Assembly (NCBI GenBank): GCA_964537905.1
Contig: CAZICU010000001.1
Coordinates: 15,046 to 79,045, forward strand
DNA: 64,000 bases
Reading direction: 5' to 3'
Source of the DNA: an uncultured Gammaproteobacteria bacterium
Lineage (GTDB): Bacteria > Patescibacteriota > Microgenomatia > UBA12405
Position 1 is the first letter of the stretch. Each line of letters begins with the position of its first letter. The position numbers and the translations under genes were made by a program. The notes under the pieces were generated by a model. The model searched no databases. It worked only from the letters and a program-made list of their open reading frames with translations, and was not told the origin of the DNA. Shown here one piece after another: positions 19,415 through 28,272 of the stretch.

Positions 19415-19503
19415 AACTCTTTTCGTTTAAATAGGACTAAATTTGAAGTGAAACGACAAATTTTGCCTATTTACACGATCCCGATTTATCGGGAAAATAC
19501 ATT

Positions 19504-20370
19504 ATGAAAAAACCTTATTTTTCCATTATTATTCCCTGTCTTAACGAAGAACATTTTCTTCCCAATTTATTAAAAAACTTAAATTCCCAAACTTTCAAAG
19601 ATTTTGAAGCTATTATTATTGACGGCAATTCCGAAGATAAAACTGCCAAAGTTGCTACAGAATTTTCCGCCAAATATCCCCTTCATCTCCATTCCACCAC
19701 CACTCGCAATGTTTCCTTCCAAAGAAATCTGGGTGCCAAAAAAGCAGTTGCTGATATTTTAATTTTTTTTGATGCTGACACTCAAATTCCCCCAAATTAC
19801 CTTAAAAAAATTGCTCAAGCTTTCGAAAAGAAACATCCTCATTTTGTAACTACCTACATTAAAGCCGATTCCCATAAACCATCAGAAAACATGTTTGCTT
19901 TTTTTAGTAATTCAATTATGAAGACTGGAGAAATTTTTAAACTTCCCTATTCTTACGGAGCCATGCAAGCCGTTAAAAAAGGAGCTTTTTTTGATGTTGG
20001 TGGTTACGATCCTAATATTAAATTTGGAGAAGACAGTGAATTACTTCAAAGAATTTATAAATATAATTACAAATTTACACTTCTCTCCACCCCTCGCTAT
20101 GTCTTTTCACTTCGTCGTCTTCGTTCTGAAGGCACCCTTAAACCATTTATTCAATATTTACAATTAAATTTCCATATCCTTCTAAAGGGTTTTAAAGTTC
20201 CATCAAAAATTAATTATCAAATGGGAGGAACTCAGTACGATATCAAAAAAATAGAAAATGCTAAAGAATCTCAAATTTTTAAAACCTTTTTTATTAAAAT
20301 TAAAAAAATTATTAAAAAGCAAAATTCCCACGCCCAAGAAATTATCGACAAAATATTTTCTTCAGACTAA
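19504..20370 (+). CDS. Glycosyltransferase family 2
   Basis: SIIIPCLNEE, IDGNSED, RNLGA, FFDAD, GED. Confidence 0.9.
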   Translation: MKKPYFSIIIPCLNEEHFLPNLLKNLNSQTFKDFEAIIIDGNSEDKTAKVATEFSAKYPLHLHSTTTRNVSFQRNLGAKKAVADILIFFDADTQIPPNYLKKIAQAFEKKHPHFVTTYIKADSHKPSENMFAFFSNSIMKTGEIFKLPYSYGAMQAVKKGAFFDVGGYDPNIKFGEDSELLQRIYKYNYKFTLLSTPRYVFSLRRLRSEGTLKPFIQYLQLNFHILLKGFKVPSKINYQMGGTQYDIKKIENAKESQIFKTFFIKIKKIIKKQNSHAQEIIDKIFSSD

Positions 20371-20411
20371 ATTCTAAAACGAATCGGAACACTTGATATA
20401 ATAAATTCATT

Positions 20412-20483
20412 GCCTGAGTAGCTCAGTGGTAGAGCAATCCTTTTGTAAAGGAAAGGTCGTGAGTTCGACTCCCACCTCAGGCT
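20412..20483 (+). tRNA. tRNA-Thr (UGU)
   Basis: Cloverleaf gcctgag/ctcaggc, anticodon loop tttgtaa, TTCGA T-loop; CCA not encoded. Confidence 0.93.
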
Positions 20484-20529
20484 CATTTTTATAAATTATT
20501 TTGATACAATATCAAAGTATTAATAGTCT

Positions 20530-20602
20530 GCCCGGATAGCTCAGTTGGTAGAGCATCCCCTTGGTAAGGGGAAGGTCATGAATTCGAGTTTCATTCCGGG
20601 CT
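20530..20602 (+). tRNA. tRNA-Thr (GGU)
   Basis: gcccgga/tccgggc, tcccc-ttggtaa-gggga anticodon arm. Confidence 0.95.
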
Positions 20603-20606
20603 CAAA

Positions 20607-20891
20607 ATGAATGGATATATTTATGTCCTTCAATCTCTTAAAAATGGCCGATTTTATATTGGCAGTACCAATAATTTAGAAAGAAGATTAATTGAACATA
20701 ATCAAGGAATAAGTACTTATACTAGTTTTACTAAACCTTTTGAAATGATTTTTTCTCAAAAATTTGACAATTTAATAACTGCCAGAAAAATAGAATTTAA
20801 ACTAAAGCAATTTAAAAGCAAAAAAGTTATAATAGACATCATTAAGTCAGGAGTGATTAGAATTGATGAATTCTCCAACATTAGTTGGTAG
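20607..20891 (+). CDS. GIY-YIG nuclease (small YhbQ/SLX1-like), copy 1
   Basis: YIYVLQS...FYIGST.NLERRL.EHN.G...E..LK. Confidence 0.92.
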   Translation: MNGYIYVLQSLKNGRFYIGSTNNLERRLIEHNQGISTYTSFTKPFEMIFSQKFDNLITARKIEFKLKQFKSKKVIIDIIKSGVIRIDEFSNISW

Positions 20892-20942
20892 AGCAGTCCG
20901 ATTGGTTCGGACAGGTCGTGGATTCGAGTTCCACTCCAGGCT
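20882..20942 (+). pseudogene. 5'-truncated tRNA-Thr-like element with replaced anticodon arm
   Basis: tagttggtagagca-gtccga ttggt tcggac-aggtc-gtgga ttcgagt tccac-tccaggct; lacks the 5' acceptor strand. Confidence 0.8.
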
Positions 20943-20946
20943 CAAA

Positions 20947-21231
20947 ATGAATGGATATGTTTATGTCCTTCAATCTTTAAAAAACAATAGATTTTATATT
21001 GGCAGTACTACCAATATTCAAAGAAGATTAATCGAACATAATTCTGGCCGAAGCACTTATACTAGTTTCTCAAGACCTTTCGAACTAATTTTTTCTCAAA
21101 AATTTGACTCCATCACTATTGCTAAAAAGATAGAATTTAAAATTAAGCAATTTAAAAGTAAAAAAGTTATAATAGACATCATTAAGTCAGGAGAAATTAG
21201 AATTGATGAGTTCTTCAACATTAGTTGGTAG
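20947..21231 (+). CDS. GIY-YIG nuclease, copy 2 (about 81% aa identical to copy 1)
   Basis: True start ATG 20947; 18 differences in 94 aa by manual alignment. Confidence 0.92.
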   Translation: MNGYVYVLQSLKNNRFYIGSTTNIQRRLIEHNSGRSTYTSFSRPFELIFSQKFDSITIAKKIEFKIKQFKSKKVIIDIIKSGEIRIDEFFNISW

Positions 21232-21281
21232 AGCAGTCCGAAGTATCGGACAGGTCATGAATTCGAGTTTCATTCCGGGCT
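21222..21281 (+). pseudogene. Second 5'-truncated tRNA-Thr-like element
   Basis: gtccga agta tcggac arm; 21252-21283 identical to 20573-20604 of tRNA-Thr(GGU). Confidence 0.8.
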
Positions 21282-21369
21282 CACATCAGTTTATAAAGTC
21301 AAAAGTTTTTAAAGTTTCTAAATTAAATTACTTTATAACTTTATAACTTTATAAACTTTCAACTGATTT

Positions 21370-21452
21370 GGAGGGGTGCTCCGAATGGTAAGGAACTTGT
21401 TTTGAAAACAAGCGTCAGCAATGACATGCAGGTTCAACTCCTGTCCCCTCCG
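21370..21452 (+). tRNA. tRNA-Ser (UGA)
   Basis: ggagggg/cccctcc, cttgt-tttgaaa-acaag, long variable arm. Confidence 0.95.
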
Positions 21453-21567
21453 CCTTCGCCCGACGAAGTGATAACGTAGGCGGGTAATATTCAATATTCT
21501 TAGCCCAATAAAAGTAATTTTGTTTCCTGCTTCAGCGGACAATGTCCGCATTAATGTAAAATTAATT

Positions 21568-21831
21568 GTGCAATATGTTTATATTTTAAGATGTAGTAAT
21601 AATCATCCATACATTGGGTGTACTGATAATTTAAAAGAAAGAATCGAAAGACATAATAATGGTTATGTTCCAGCCACAAAAGAATTAAGACCACTTAAAT
21701 TAATTTGGTATTCATGTTTTGAAGATAAATATTTAGCATTTAATTTTGAAAAATATTTAAAAACTTGTTCTGGTAGAGTATTAATCAATAAAAGATTAAT
21801 TACCAATATCACGAAACCAAATGTGAAGTAG
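21568..21831 (+). CDS. GIY-YIG nuclease, third and more distant family member
   Basis: YVYILRC...YIGCTDNLKERIERHN.G...FEKYLKT.SGR; probable GTG start at 21568. Confidence 0.88.
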   Translation: MQYVYILRCSNNHPYIGCTDNLKERIERHNNGYVPATKELRPLKLIWYSCFEDKYLAFNFEKYLKTCSGRVLINKRLITNITKPNVK

Positions 21832-21881
21832 ATCTGTTCCCCTCCGCCAAGATTTTAACCAATTTATTTAGAAAATATTTT

Positions 21882-22853
21882 TTAATTGATTTTATTTAAG
21901 TATTTATACATATTATTTCTTAGTTCAGTAGCCACGATTCTAGCCTCATCATTATTATTAATTCTCTTAGATCCAATAGGGACTGGATTAATACAGAAAC
22001 CTTCATGAATATTATACCCGTGAACACCAATTATTGTAGGAAAATTAAGTTTCTCAATAATTTGAGCCGTTTGTTCAGATACTTCGTATGGAGTTAGATT
22101 ACAATTTTGATTTAATTCTTCTTGTTTTTTCATCCAAATTTCATATGGAGTATTGGGTTTAATTTGAAGACCCATAAAAGTAATCCAGTCTGGTCTAGTT
22201 TCATTTAAAATTCTGGCAGTATCTTCAACATGCTTATTAAAATAAGACATACCACCTAAACCAGGCATAACCATAGTTGAATTTAAAATATTTCCTCGAT
22301 TTAAAATTTCACCAGCACGAGCAACCTGATCAGAGTCATAACCCTTACCTGCAATTTTAAGAACTTCACTATTACCACTTTCCAAGCCCCAATAAACCAA
22401 TTTTTTTGGATAAGAGCGACCAGATCTTCTAAAATCTTCCATACCTTCTCTTCCTTTTTTCAAGATATCTTGAGTGTTACCGTAAACAGATAGACGAATC
22501 AAATCAAAACCATTTTTCTTAAAAACTTCATTTATGTGACTACTTGCTTCTATTAATTTTTCAATATCAACATTTAAAGCATTACCAGCCCCAATAAAAG
22601 CTCTATAAATCGTTGTTTTATTAGAGACAAAATTCATTACTGAGTGAACATGCGCTTTAAAAATTTCTATTTTTTTTTCTTTATAATTTGGTCCATCATA
22701 AATATTACAAAATGTACAACGACCATGACTACAACCAGTAGTCAATTCAAATTGGACAACATGCGGACCTCTTTCGGATGGTGGCGGAACCATATGCTCC
22801 CTACTAAAACCCTTTCTTCCAATTAATCTTTCACAATAAGGTATATTTGGCAT
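21882..22853 (-). CDS. Radical SAM protein
   Basis: GCSHGRCTFC (CxxxxCxxC variant), YWGLESG, MPGLGG. Confidence 0.88.
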   Translation of the reverse strand: MPNIPYCERLIGRKGFSREHMVPPPSERGPHVVQFELTTGCSHGRCTFCNIYDGPNYKEKKIEIFKAHVHSVMNFVSNKTTIYRAFIGAGNALNVDIEKLIEASSHINEVFKKNGFDLIRLSVYGNTQDILKKGREGMEDFRRSGRSYPKKLVYWGLESGNSEVLKIAGKGYDSDQVARAGEILNRGNILNSTMVMPGLGGMSYFNKHVEDTARILNETRPDWITFMGLQIKPNTPYEIWMKKQEELNQNCNLTPYEVSEQTAQIIEKLNFPTIIGVHGYNIHEGFCINPVPIGSKRINNNDEARIVATELRNNMYKYLNKIN

Positions 22854-22989
22854 AAGTTCGATATTTTATCAAAATAGTTATTTTTTTTCAAACTATAGGC
22901 TTTTTTTTAATTTTACAACAAAAATCAAACTAAAATTTATTTTATTATTTTTTGTTTACAGACAGAAATTATTATAAGGACAAAAATAT

Positions 22990-23010
22990 TTCAACTCCTG
23001 TCCCCTCCGC
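22990..23010 (+). repeat. att-like copy of the tRNA-Ser 3' end (partial copy also at 21834-21849)
   Basis: ttcaactcctgtcccctccgc identical to 21433-21453. Confidence 0.85.
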
Positions 23011-23052
23011 TCACCAACAAAAACATTGCTTCTAACTTTGCTATTATTATTT

Positions 23053-23409
23053 ATGTCATCTGTTTTACAAACTATTTATCTTCTTTTATTAATTATTATT
23101 CTTGCCGCTATTGGTTTATCTATCAGTAAACTTATGCAAGAAAATAGTCATTACGTTGCTCACGAAGAAAAATTTATTGTTCCAGAAGTCACTCCTGGAG
23201 AAATAAAAAATATCGACTGGCAAACAACAGATAAACTTATGTCTAATTGTCAAGTTAAAGTTGTTTTTCAAAAACATACTTTAGAAGTGACTGTTCGAGA
23301 TAAAGATGGTCAAATTTATCAAACTACCGAACCTAAAATTGATGCTATTTTTGATCTTGCCAAAAAATATCAAGGTCCTTGTGACATTGTCCAAATGATC
23401 ACTGAATAA
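23053..23409 (+). CDS. Membrane-anchored hypothetical protein
   Basis: N-terminal TM helix, two Cys. Confidence 0.7.
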   Translation: MSSVLQTIYLLLLIIILAAIGLSISKLMQENSHYVAHEEKFIVPEVTPGEIKNIDWQTTDKLMSNCQVKVVFQKHTLEVTVRDKDGQIYQTTEPKIDAIFDLAKKYQGPCDIVQMITE

Positions 23410-23467
23410 TGCTAAAATAAATTACATCAAGTGTAATTCACAAATTAAAAGTTAATTGGAGGTTTTT

Positions 23468-23773
23468 ATGAACATCAGGATTAACGGTATTAATTTAATT
23501 ATTTCTCTCAAAATTCGCCGGACAATTCAAACCAAATTTGTCCAAAAATTAGATCAGCTTTTGCCTCAATTTAATAATGAGTTAAAAACCGCTTCATTGA
23601 TTATTCAAAAAGATAAAAAATACAAAAATTACACGGCTAAATTTGATATGAGTCTACCTGGTCTCAAAAATCCTCTTCATGCTGAAGTTACTCATCATGA
23701 ACTTACTTCTGCTATCGTTGATTTACGTGAAGCGATTGAAAGGCAAATTAAAAAATACAAACATGCTGATTAA
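23468..23773 (+). CDS. hpf: Ribosome hibernation factor (HPF/RaiA family)
   Basis: MNIRINGIN...LHAE...SAIVDLREAIERQIKKYK. Confidence 0.8.
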   Translation: MNIRINGINLIISLKIRRTIQTKFVQKLDQLLPQFNNELKTASLIIQKDKKYKNYTAKFDMSLPGLKNPLHAEVTHHELTSAIVDLREAIERQIKKYKHAD

Positions 23774-23813
23774 TTGATTGCTAATCAACTGTTTTTAGTT
23801 TAAAATACCACTC

Positions 23814-23993
23814 ATGTCTAAATCTAAAAAAACACCTAGAATTTTGATCGCCTTAGTTTGCTCCGTTTGTGGGGCTCAAAATTATTTAACCGAAAAAAAT
23901 AAAACTAACACTCCTGATAAATTGAAATTTATCAAATATTGCCGTTGGTGCAAGAAAAAAACTGAACATAAAGAGTCAGCTAAACTCAAATAA
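23814..23993 (+). CDS. rpmG: 50S ribosomal protein L33 (missing from the ORF track)
   Basis: MSKSKKTPRILIALVCSVCGAQNYLTEKNKTNTPDKLKFIKYCRWCKKKTEHKE. Confidence 0.93.
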   Translation: MSKSKKTPRILIALVCSVCGAQNYLTEKNKTNTPDKLKFIKYCRWCKKKTEHKESAKLK

Positions 23994-24004
23994 CATGGTA
24001 TTTT

Positions 24005-24030
24005 GTAAGGGCGGGTCTTGTGCCCGCCTT
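24005..24030 (+). repeat. GTAG-type REP hairpin, probably also the rpmG terminator
   Basis: gtaagggcgggtcttgtgcccgcctttt; resembles the REPs in and around the RAYT gene. Confidence 0.7.
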
Positions 24031-24038
24031 TTTTGTTT

Positions 24039-24992
24039 ATGAATCAAAAAATACTATCAAACCTAGAAAGTATCTACATCTCTCCTCTCGAAAGTTGTAA
24101 TCTCACCTGCAAATATTGTTACACTCATAAAACCACTAATGTTTTATCTAACCAGCAAATTCTAACTTTTATTGATCAATATTCTGGTTTTATTCATAAA
24201 TCTTATTCTTTGAATCTTAAATCTATCGTATTATGTGGTGGCGAAGTCTTTTTACTTCCAGATTTTCCTGAATTAATCAATACTTTGATCGATAAAGATA
24301 TATTTATCACCATAATCACCAATGGTACTATTGACCGACTTCAAAAAATAAAAAAGCCCGATAATTGCCAAATTTTAGTTTCTCTCGATGGACCAAAAGA
24401 TATTCATGATCAAAATCGCGGTTCTGGTAATTTTAATAAATCCATTAAATATATCAAACACGCTCATAAATTAGGCTTTCCTGTCGGTATTATGTTTTTA
24501 ATCACCCAAGACTCCTATCCTTACAAAGATTTCTTTCCCTCTTATTTATCTAAAATACTAGCGAACCAGCGAACCAGCGAACTAAGTTTTACCTATCTTA
24601 CCGATCGCAAAATATCTCTAACCAACGACCAATGTCTTGATATTAAACTTCACTACCCTACTTTCCCCAACAAAAATTTTGGTTGTTATCAAATCAGTCT
24701 TCAATCCAACGGTAACATTACTGGTTGTTGTGAATCTTCTATTTCTCTGGGAAAAATCATTGACAATCCTCAGGTTTATGTTTCTAAATTTATCAATTCT
24801 CTTTCAAAATGTTCTAATTGTAAAATTTCAACATTAAATAATTCATTAAAAATTAAATGTTATGGTTGTTGCGATCCATCATATTTGTGTGGTTACCCTC
24901 AAGAATTCCATCAAAACTCCTGTCAAGATATAATAAAATTATTTAACACAAAACCCTCCTGTCCCGACCAAAGTTGGGACATCCTCCCTTAA
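24039..24992 (+). CDS. Radical SAM protein with Cys-rich (SPASM/twitch-like) C-terminus
   Basis: CNLTCKYC, GGE, TNGT, SLDG, HDQNRG; multiple C-terminal Cys. Confidence 0.88.
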   Translation: MNQKILSNLESIYISPLESCNLTCKYCYTHKTTNVLSNQQILTFIDQYSGFIHKSYSLNLKSIVLCGGEVFLLPDFPELINTLIDKDIFITIITNGTIDRLQKIKKPDNCQILVSLDGPKDIHDQNRGSGNFNKSIKYIKHAHKLGFPVGIMFLITQDSYPYKDFFPSYLSKILANQRTSELSFTYLTDRKISLTNDQCLDIKLHYPTFPNKNFGCYQISLQSNGNITGCCESSISLGKIIDNPQVYVSKFINSLSKCSNCKISTLNNSLKIKCYGCCDPSYLCGYPQEFHQNSCQDIIKLFNTKPSCPDQSWDILP

Positions 24993-25086
24993 AAAAGGAG
25001 GAAGTCTTTAATTTAAATATTTATTGTTTTAACGACTGCTCCCTTTTTTAAGGGGAGCTGTCGAACAAAGTGAGACTGAGGGGTTT
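24951..25086. repeat. Inverted pair of CCCT...AAGGGAG...GAGGG double-hairpin repeats
   Basis: 24951-25003 and 25038-25086; related copies at 42046-42087 and 54771-54810. Confidence 0.7.
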
Positions 25087-25096
25087 AAAATACATT

Positions 25097-26107
25097 ATGA
25101 ATTTTCAATCTCATTTCATCCATGAATGGACCATTCAAGCTATTAGAAAATTTTTTATCGACCGAAATTTTCACGAAGTCGATACTCCCACTCTTTTGGC
25201 CAAAATTCCTATTGAACCCAATTTATATTCTCTCCAAACTAAATGGACTCAGCGTAATTTTACTTTTTACCTCCCTACTTCTCCCGAAAGCGCTCTCAAA
25301 CGACTTATCGCAAACGGTATTGGTAATTGTTTTACTGTTGCCAAAGTTTTTCGTGACCTCGAAGATATTGGACCGACTCACAATTTAGAATTTTCCATGC
25401 TCGAATGGTACGAAATTGGTAAAACTTATCACCATATTGCCATCACCACTAAAGAATTAATTCTAAACACTCTTTACCACATTCAACAAAAATTGAATAT
25501 TCCCCAAACTAATATTATTAGTTATCAAGGTAAGAATATTGATCTTGGTGGCGATTGGTATCAATTTACTCTCAAGGAATTGTTTCAAAAATATGCTCAT
25601 ATCGATTTATCTCAAAATTTAACCGCTGACCAAATTATTGCCACTGCCAAATCCAAAGGTTACAACATTGATAATGTCACCACTTGGGAACCACTCTATA
25701 CTCAAATTTTTATTAATGAAATTGAATCAAAAATTCCCCAAGACAAACCGTTCATTATTTTTGACTATCCCACTCAGACTTCTCCACTCTGCCAAGTTTG
25801 CCCAGATTCTCCAGGATTCAGTCAGCGTTTTGAATTTTATATCGGCGGTATGGAAATTGGCAATGCTTACACCGAATTAACTGATTCTAAAATTTTACAA
25901 GATAATTTTGACACTGAAACCAAATTTAGACAGGAAAATAATTTATCCCTTCATCCTTACGATCAAAAATTTATCGACGCTTGCGGTCAAATGCCACCAT
26001 GCGCTGGCATTGGTTTAGGTGTTGACCGACTTGCCATGCTCATTGCTGACTCTCAATATATCGAAGATGTTCTTTATTTCCCTACTTCCCAGTTAATTCA
26101 AGAATAA
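25097..26107 (+). CDS. epmA: EF-P lysine ligase (EpmA/GenX, LysRS2-like catalytic domain)
   Basis: YLPTSPE..LKRL, HNLEFSMLEWY, RFEFY, GNAYTELTD, GIGLGVDRL; no anticodon-binding domain. Confidence 0.88.
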   Translation: MNFQSHFIHEWTIQAIRKFFIDRNFHEVDTPTLLAKIPIEPNLYSLQTKWTQRNFTFYLPTSPESALKRLIANGIGNCFTVAKVFRDLEDIGPTHNLEFSMLEWYEIGKTYHHIAITTKELILNTLYHIQQKLNIPQTNIISYQGKNIDLGGDWYQFTLKELFQKYAHIDLSQNLTADQIIATAKSKGYNIDNVTTWEPLYTQIFINEIESKIPQDKPFIIFDYPTQTSPLCQVCPDSPGFSQRFEFYIGGMEIGNAYTELTDSKILQDNFDTETKFRQENNLSLHPYDQKFIDACGQMPPCAGIGLGVDRLAMLIADSQYIEDVLYFPTSQLIQE

Positions 26108-26125
26108 TTATAATTAAAATATAAT

Positions 26126-26281
26126 ATGAGTAAACCCGCATCCAAATCAAAACCAGACAATCGGTCTACTATTATTAAAGGTTTTGTTAAACCAACAGTC
26201 CCCGATTTCCCTGGAAACAAATCTCCCGTCAATTTTAAACCAAACGCCAGAATGGGAACCATCAATCGCGGTCGTCGTTAA
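26126..26281 (+). CDS. 51-aa basic hypothetical protein (missing from the ORF track)
   Basis: MSKPASKSKPDNRSTIIKGFVKPTVPDFPGNKSPVNFKPNARMGTINRGRR; fills the gap exactly. Confidence 0.65.
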   Translation: MSKPASKSKPDNRSTIIKGFVKPTVPDFPGNKSPVNFKPNARMGTINRGRR

Positions 26282-26616
26282 GCTTTAATTCTTTTTTGAA
26301 TTAGCTTATCAATCCAATATAATTTTTGAACCCCATTTTCTAATTTAAAGTAGTGGAAAATATACGGCACTAATAATATTAATATTAATCCGTCTATTAA
26401 CAACAAAATTGCTTGTGGATAAATTAAAACAAACATCGTTACTACTACAAAATTAATCGCAAAAGCTAAGGTCACCAAGAGATGAATCAATCTTTCGTGT
26501 TGTAAAAATTTTATTGTTTCCCGATGATGAACTAGAATAATTTTCCACCCTTTAGTTTCCTTATTCTTTAATTTTTCGTTAATTTCACTCAAATAACGAT
26601 TTAAAAAATCAACCAT
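26278..26616 (-). CDS. Two-TM hypothetical membrane protein
   Basis: FLQHERLIHLLVT...PYIFHYFKLENGVQKLY. Confidence 0.8.
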   Translation of the reverse strand: MVDFLNRYLSEINEKLKNKETKGWKIILVHHRETIKFLQHERLIHLLVTLAFAINFVVVTMFVLIYPQAILLLIDGLILILLVPYIFHYFKLENGVQKLYWIDKLIQKRIKA

Positions 26617-26641
26617 ATTTAAATTTTACACTTTTTTGCTT

Positions 26642-27130
26642 CTATTGTTTTTTATATTCCTGAACTTCATCATGGACAAATTCCAATTTAACTCCTACTT
26701 TTTTAAACATTTCTTCAGTCTCTGCTCCAGCATGATATTTTCTTTCACAAACCACTCTTACAATTCCACAATTAATCAACAACATGGCACAAGTTCGACA
26801 AGGAGTCATTCGACAATAAACTGTGGCTCCATCAATTGCTACCCCCAATTTAGCCGCCTGACAAATGGCATTTTGTTCCGCATGAACTGTCCTCACACAA
26901 TGTTCAGAAATAGTGCCATCATCATTCAAAGCTTTTTTAATTTGATGACCCACTTCATCACAATGTGGTAAACCCTTTGGTGAGCCAACGTAACCAGTCA
27001 CTAAAATTTGTTTATTCTTAACAATCACACAACCACTTTTACCTCGATCACAAGTCGCTCTTTTAGAAATCGCTTCCATCACTTCCATAAAATACTCATC
27101 CCAACTTGGTCTTTTATTTAATTTGGTCAT
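26642..27130 (-). CDS. dCMP deaminase (ComEB family)
   Basis: RPSWDEYFM, HAEQNAI, PCRTC. Confidence 0.93.
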   Translation of the reverse strand: MTKLNKRPSWDEYFMEVMEAISKRATCDRGKSGCVIVKNKQILVTGYVGSPKGLPHCDEVGHQIKKALNDDGTISEHCVRTVHAEQNAICQAAKLGVAIDGATVYCRMTPCRTCAMLLINCGIVRVVCERKYHAGAETEEMFKKVGVKLEFVHDEVQEYKKQ

Positions 27131-27686
27131 AAATTTCCTCGATTTGTTGATTTAAAAAATTAATATCTTTATGATTTACTATTGTAAAATCCGCCATAGC
27201 AATTGGACCACCTTTATGTGAATTTTCTATTTCAGCATAATCTCTTGTCTTGGCTTCTTCTTTAGTAAGAGACCTATTTCTTAAATTTTTATCATCAACC
27301 CCCGACACTCGTATTGAAATTCTTTCATATCTTAATTCTGGCGGCGCCCAAACCGCAATTACTTTCATTGCTTCACCAAAATGTTCCTTCAAAACCTTAT
27401 ATTCTTCCCAACTATACAATCCATCAGCCACTACATCTCCCTTTTTAATTAATTCATCAATTTTTGGTAAATTCAAAATTGCAAAAGCTGCCATTCCGTA
27501 TTCAGCTCTCAATCCTTCTCTCACTGTTCTTTCATTAACTTCGTTTACTTCCAAGCCTCTTTTTTTTACTTCATCCAAAGTTATCTGACCAAATCTTATA
27601 TACTGAAAACCATTTTTTACAAAAAAATCCGTAACTACACTCTTCCCTGCTCCGCACATTCCCGCAATACAAATAATTTTATTCAT
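27114..27686 (-). CDS. P-loop kinase (dephospho-CoA/cytidylate kinase-like)
   Basis: GMCGAGKS, DGLYSWEEY, KGGPIAMAD. Confidence 0.8.
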   Translation of the reverse strand: MNKIICIAGMCGAGKSVVTDFFVKNGFQYIRFGQITLDEVKKRGLEVNEVNERTVREGLRAEYGMAAFAILNLPKIDELIKKGDVVADGLYSWEEYKVLKEHFGEAMKVIAVWAPPELRYERISIRVSGVDDKNLRNRSLTKEEAKTRDYAEIENSHKGGPIAMADFTIVNHKDINFLNQQIEEIYDQIK

Positions 27687-27745
27687 TTTAACCAATTTAT
27701 CAAAAAAATAATTCTAAAACAATCTGTCAATTAATTAAAAAAAAT

Positions 27746-28075
27746 CTAACGCTTATTTTTATTAGATAGTTTTGTCAACAACGCCTCCGCCTCAATCGTT
27801 CCCATTTTATCTATTCCAAAATCTTCAAATATTTTTTCTGGTATTAACAATACTTCATTTTTATCCAAATCTTTATTACACAAACCTCTTTTTACAAATT
27901 CATCACCAATACCCTTAATCCCAAACTGTTCCAAGATCTTATCTTCAGGAGAATTACAAGTGTAATGAACCACACCTTTATCTGTTCTACAAGTTCCCTC
28001 AGGTCTGCCTTCACTATTAATTTTAAAAGTATTGCTGGTGGTGGGTTTAATTCTTAATTCGACTGTTTTTTCCAT
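27746..28075 (-). CDS. Hypothetical protein
   Basis: 109-aa ORF with a -10-like element directly upstream. Confidence 0.6.
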   Translation of the reverse strand: MEKTVELRIKPTTSNTFKINSEGRPEGTCRTDKGVVHYTCNSPEDKILEQFGIKGIGDEFVKRGLCNKDLDKNEVLLIPEKIFEDFGIDKMGTIEAEALLTKLSNKNKR

Positions 28076-28272
28076 AACTCATTATATTAATAATATATCC
28101 AAAAACCAACAATAAATATCTTTTGTGCTATTCAGCCAAAAATCATCCCGATTAATCATGATTATATAAGTGCAGGTCCTAGTTGAATATATCAGAACCT
28201 ATTTTAGAAATTAAGATTCACAGAATAAAACGAATACAAACAAACTTTCCTCATGATTATGTATAATTGGCT

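Noticed and set aside
20863-20946. Longer N-terminus for GIY-YIG copy 2
   Set aside because: It is a translation of the tRNA-like element; copy 1 defines the start as MNGY
20882-21281. Functional or suppressor tRNAs, or intron-split tRNA
   Set aside because: No 5' acceptor strand, 4-5-nt loops instead of a 7-nt anticodon loop, and no group I intron core recognised
21370-21452. Selenocysteine or UGA-recoding tRNA
   Set aside because: The anticodon is UGA (reads UCA, Ser), not UCA; TGA serves as a stop in frr and other genes, so code 11 applies
24039-24992. RiPP maturase cluster
   Set aside because: No convincing precursor peptide, transporter or peptidase adjacent; the upstream small ORF is L33
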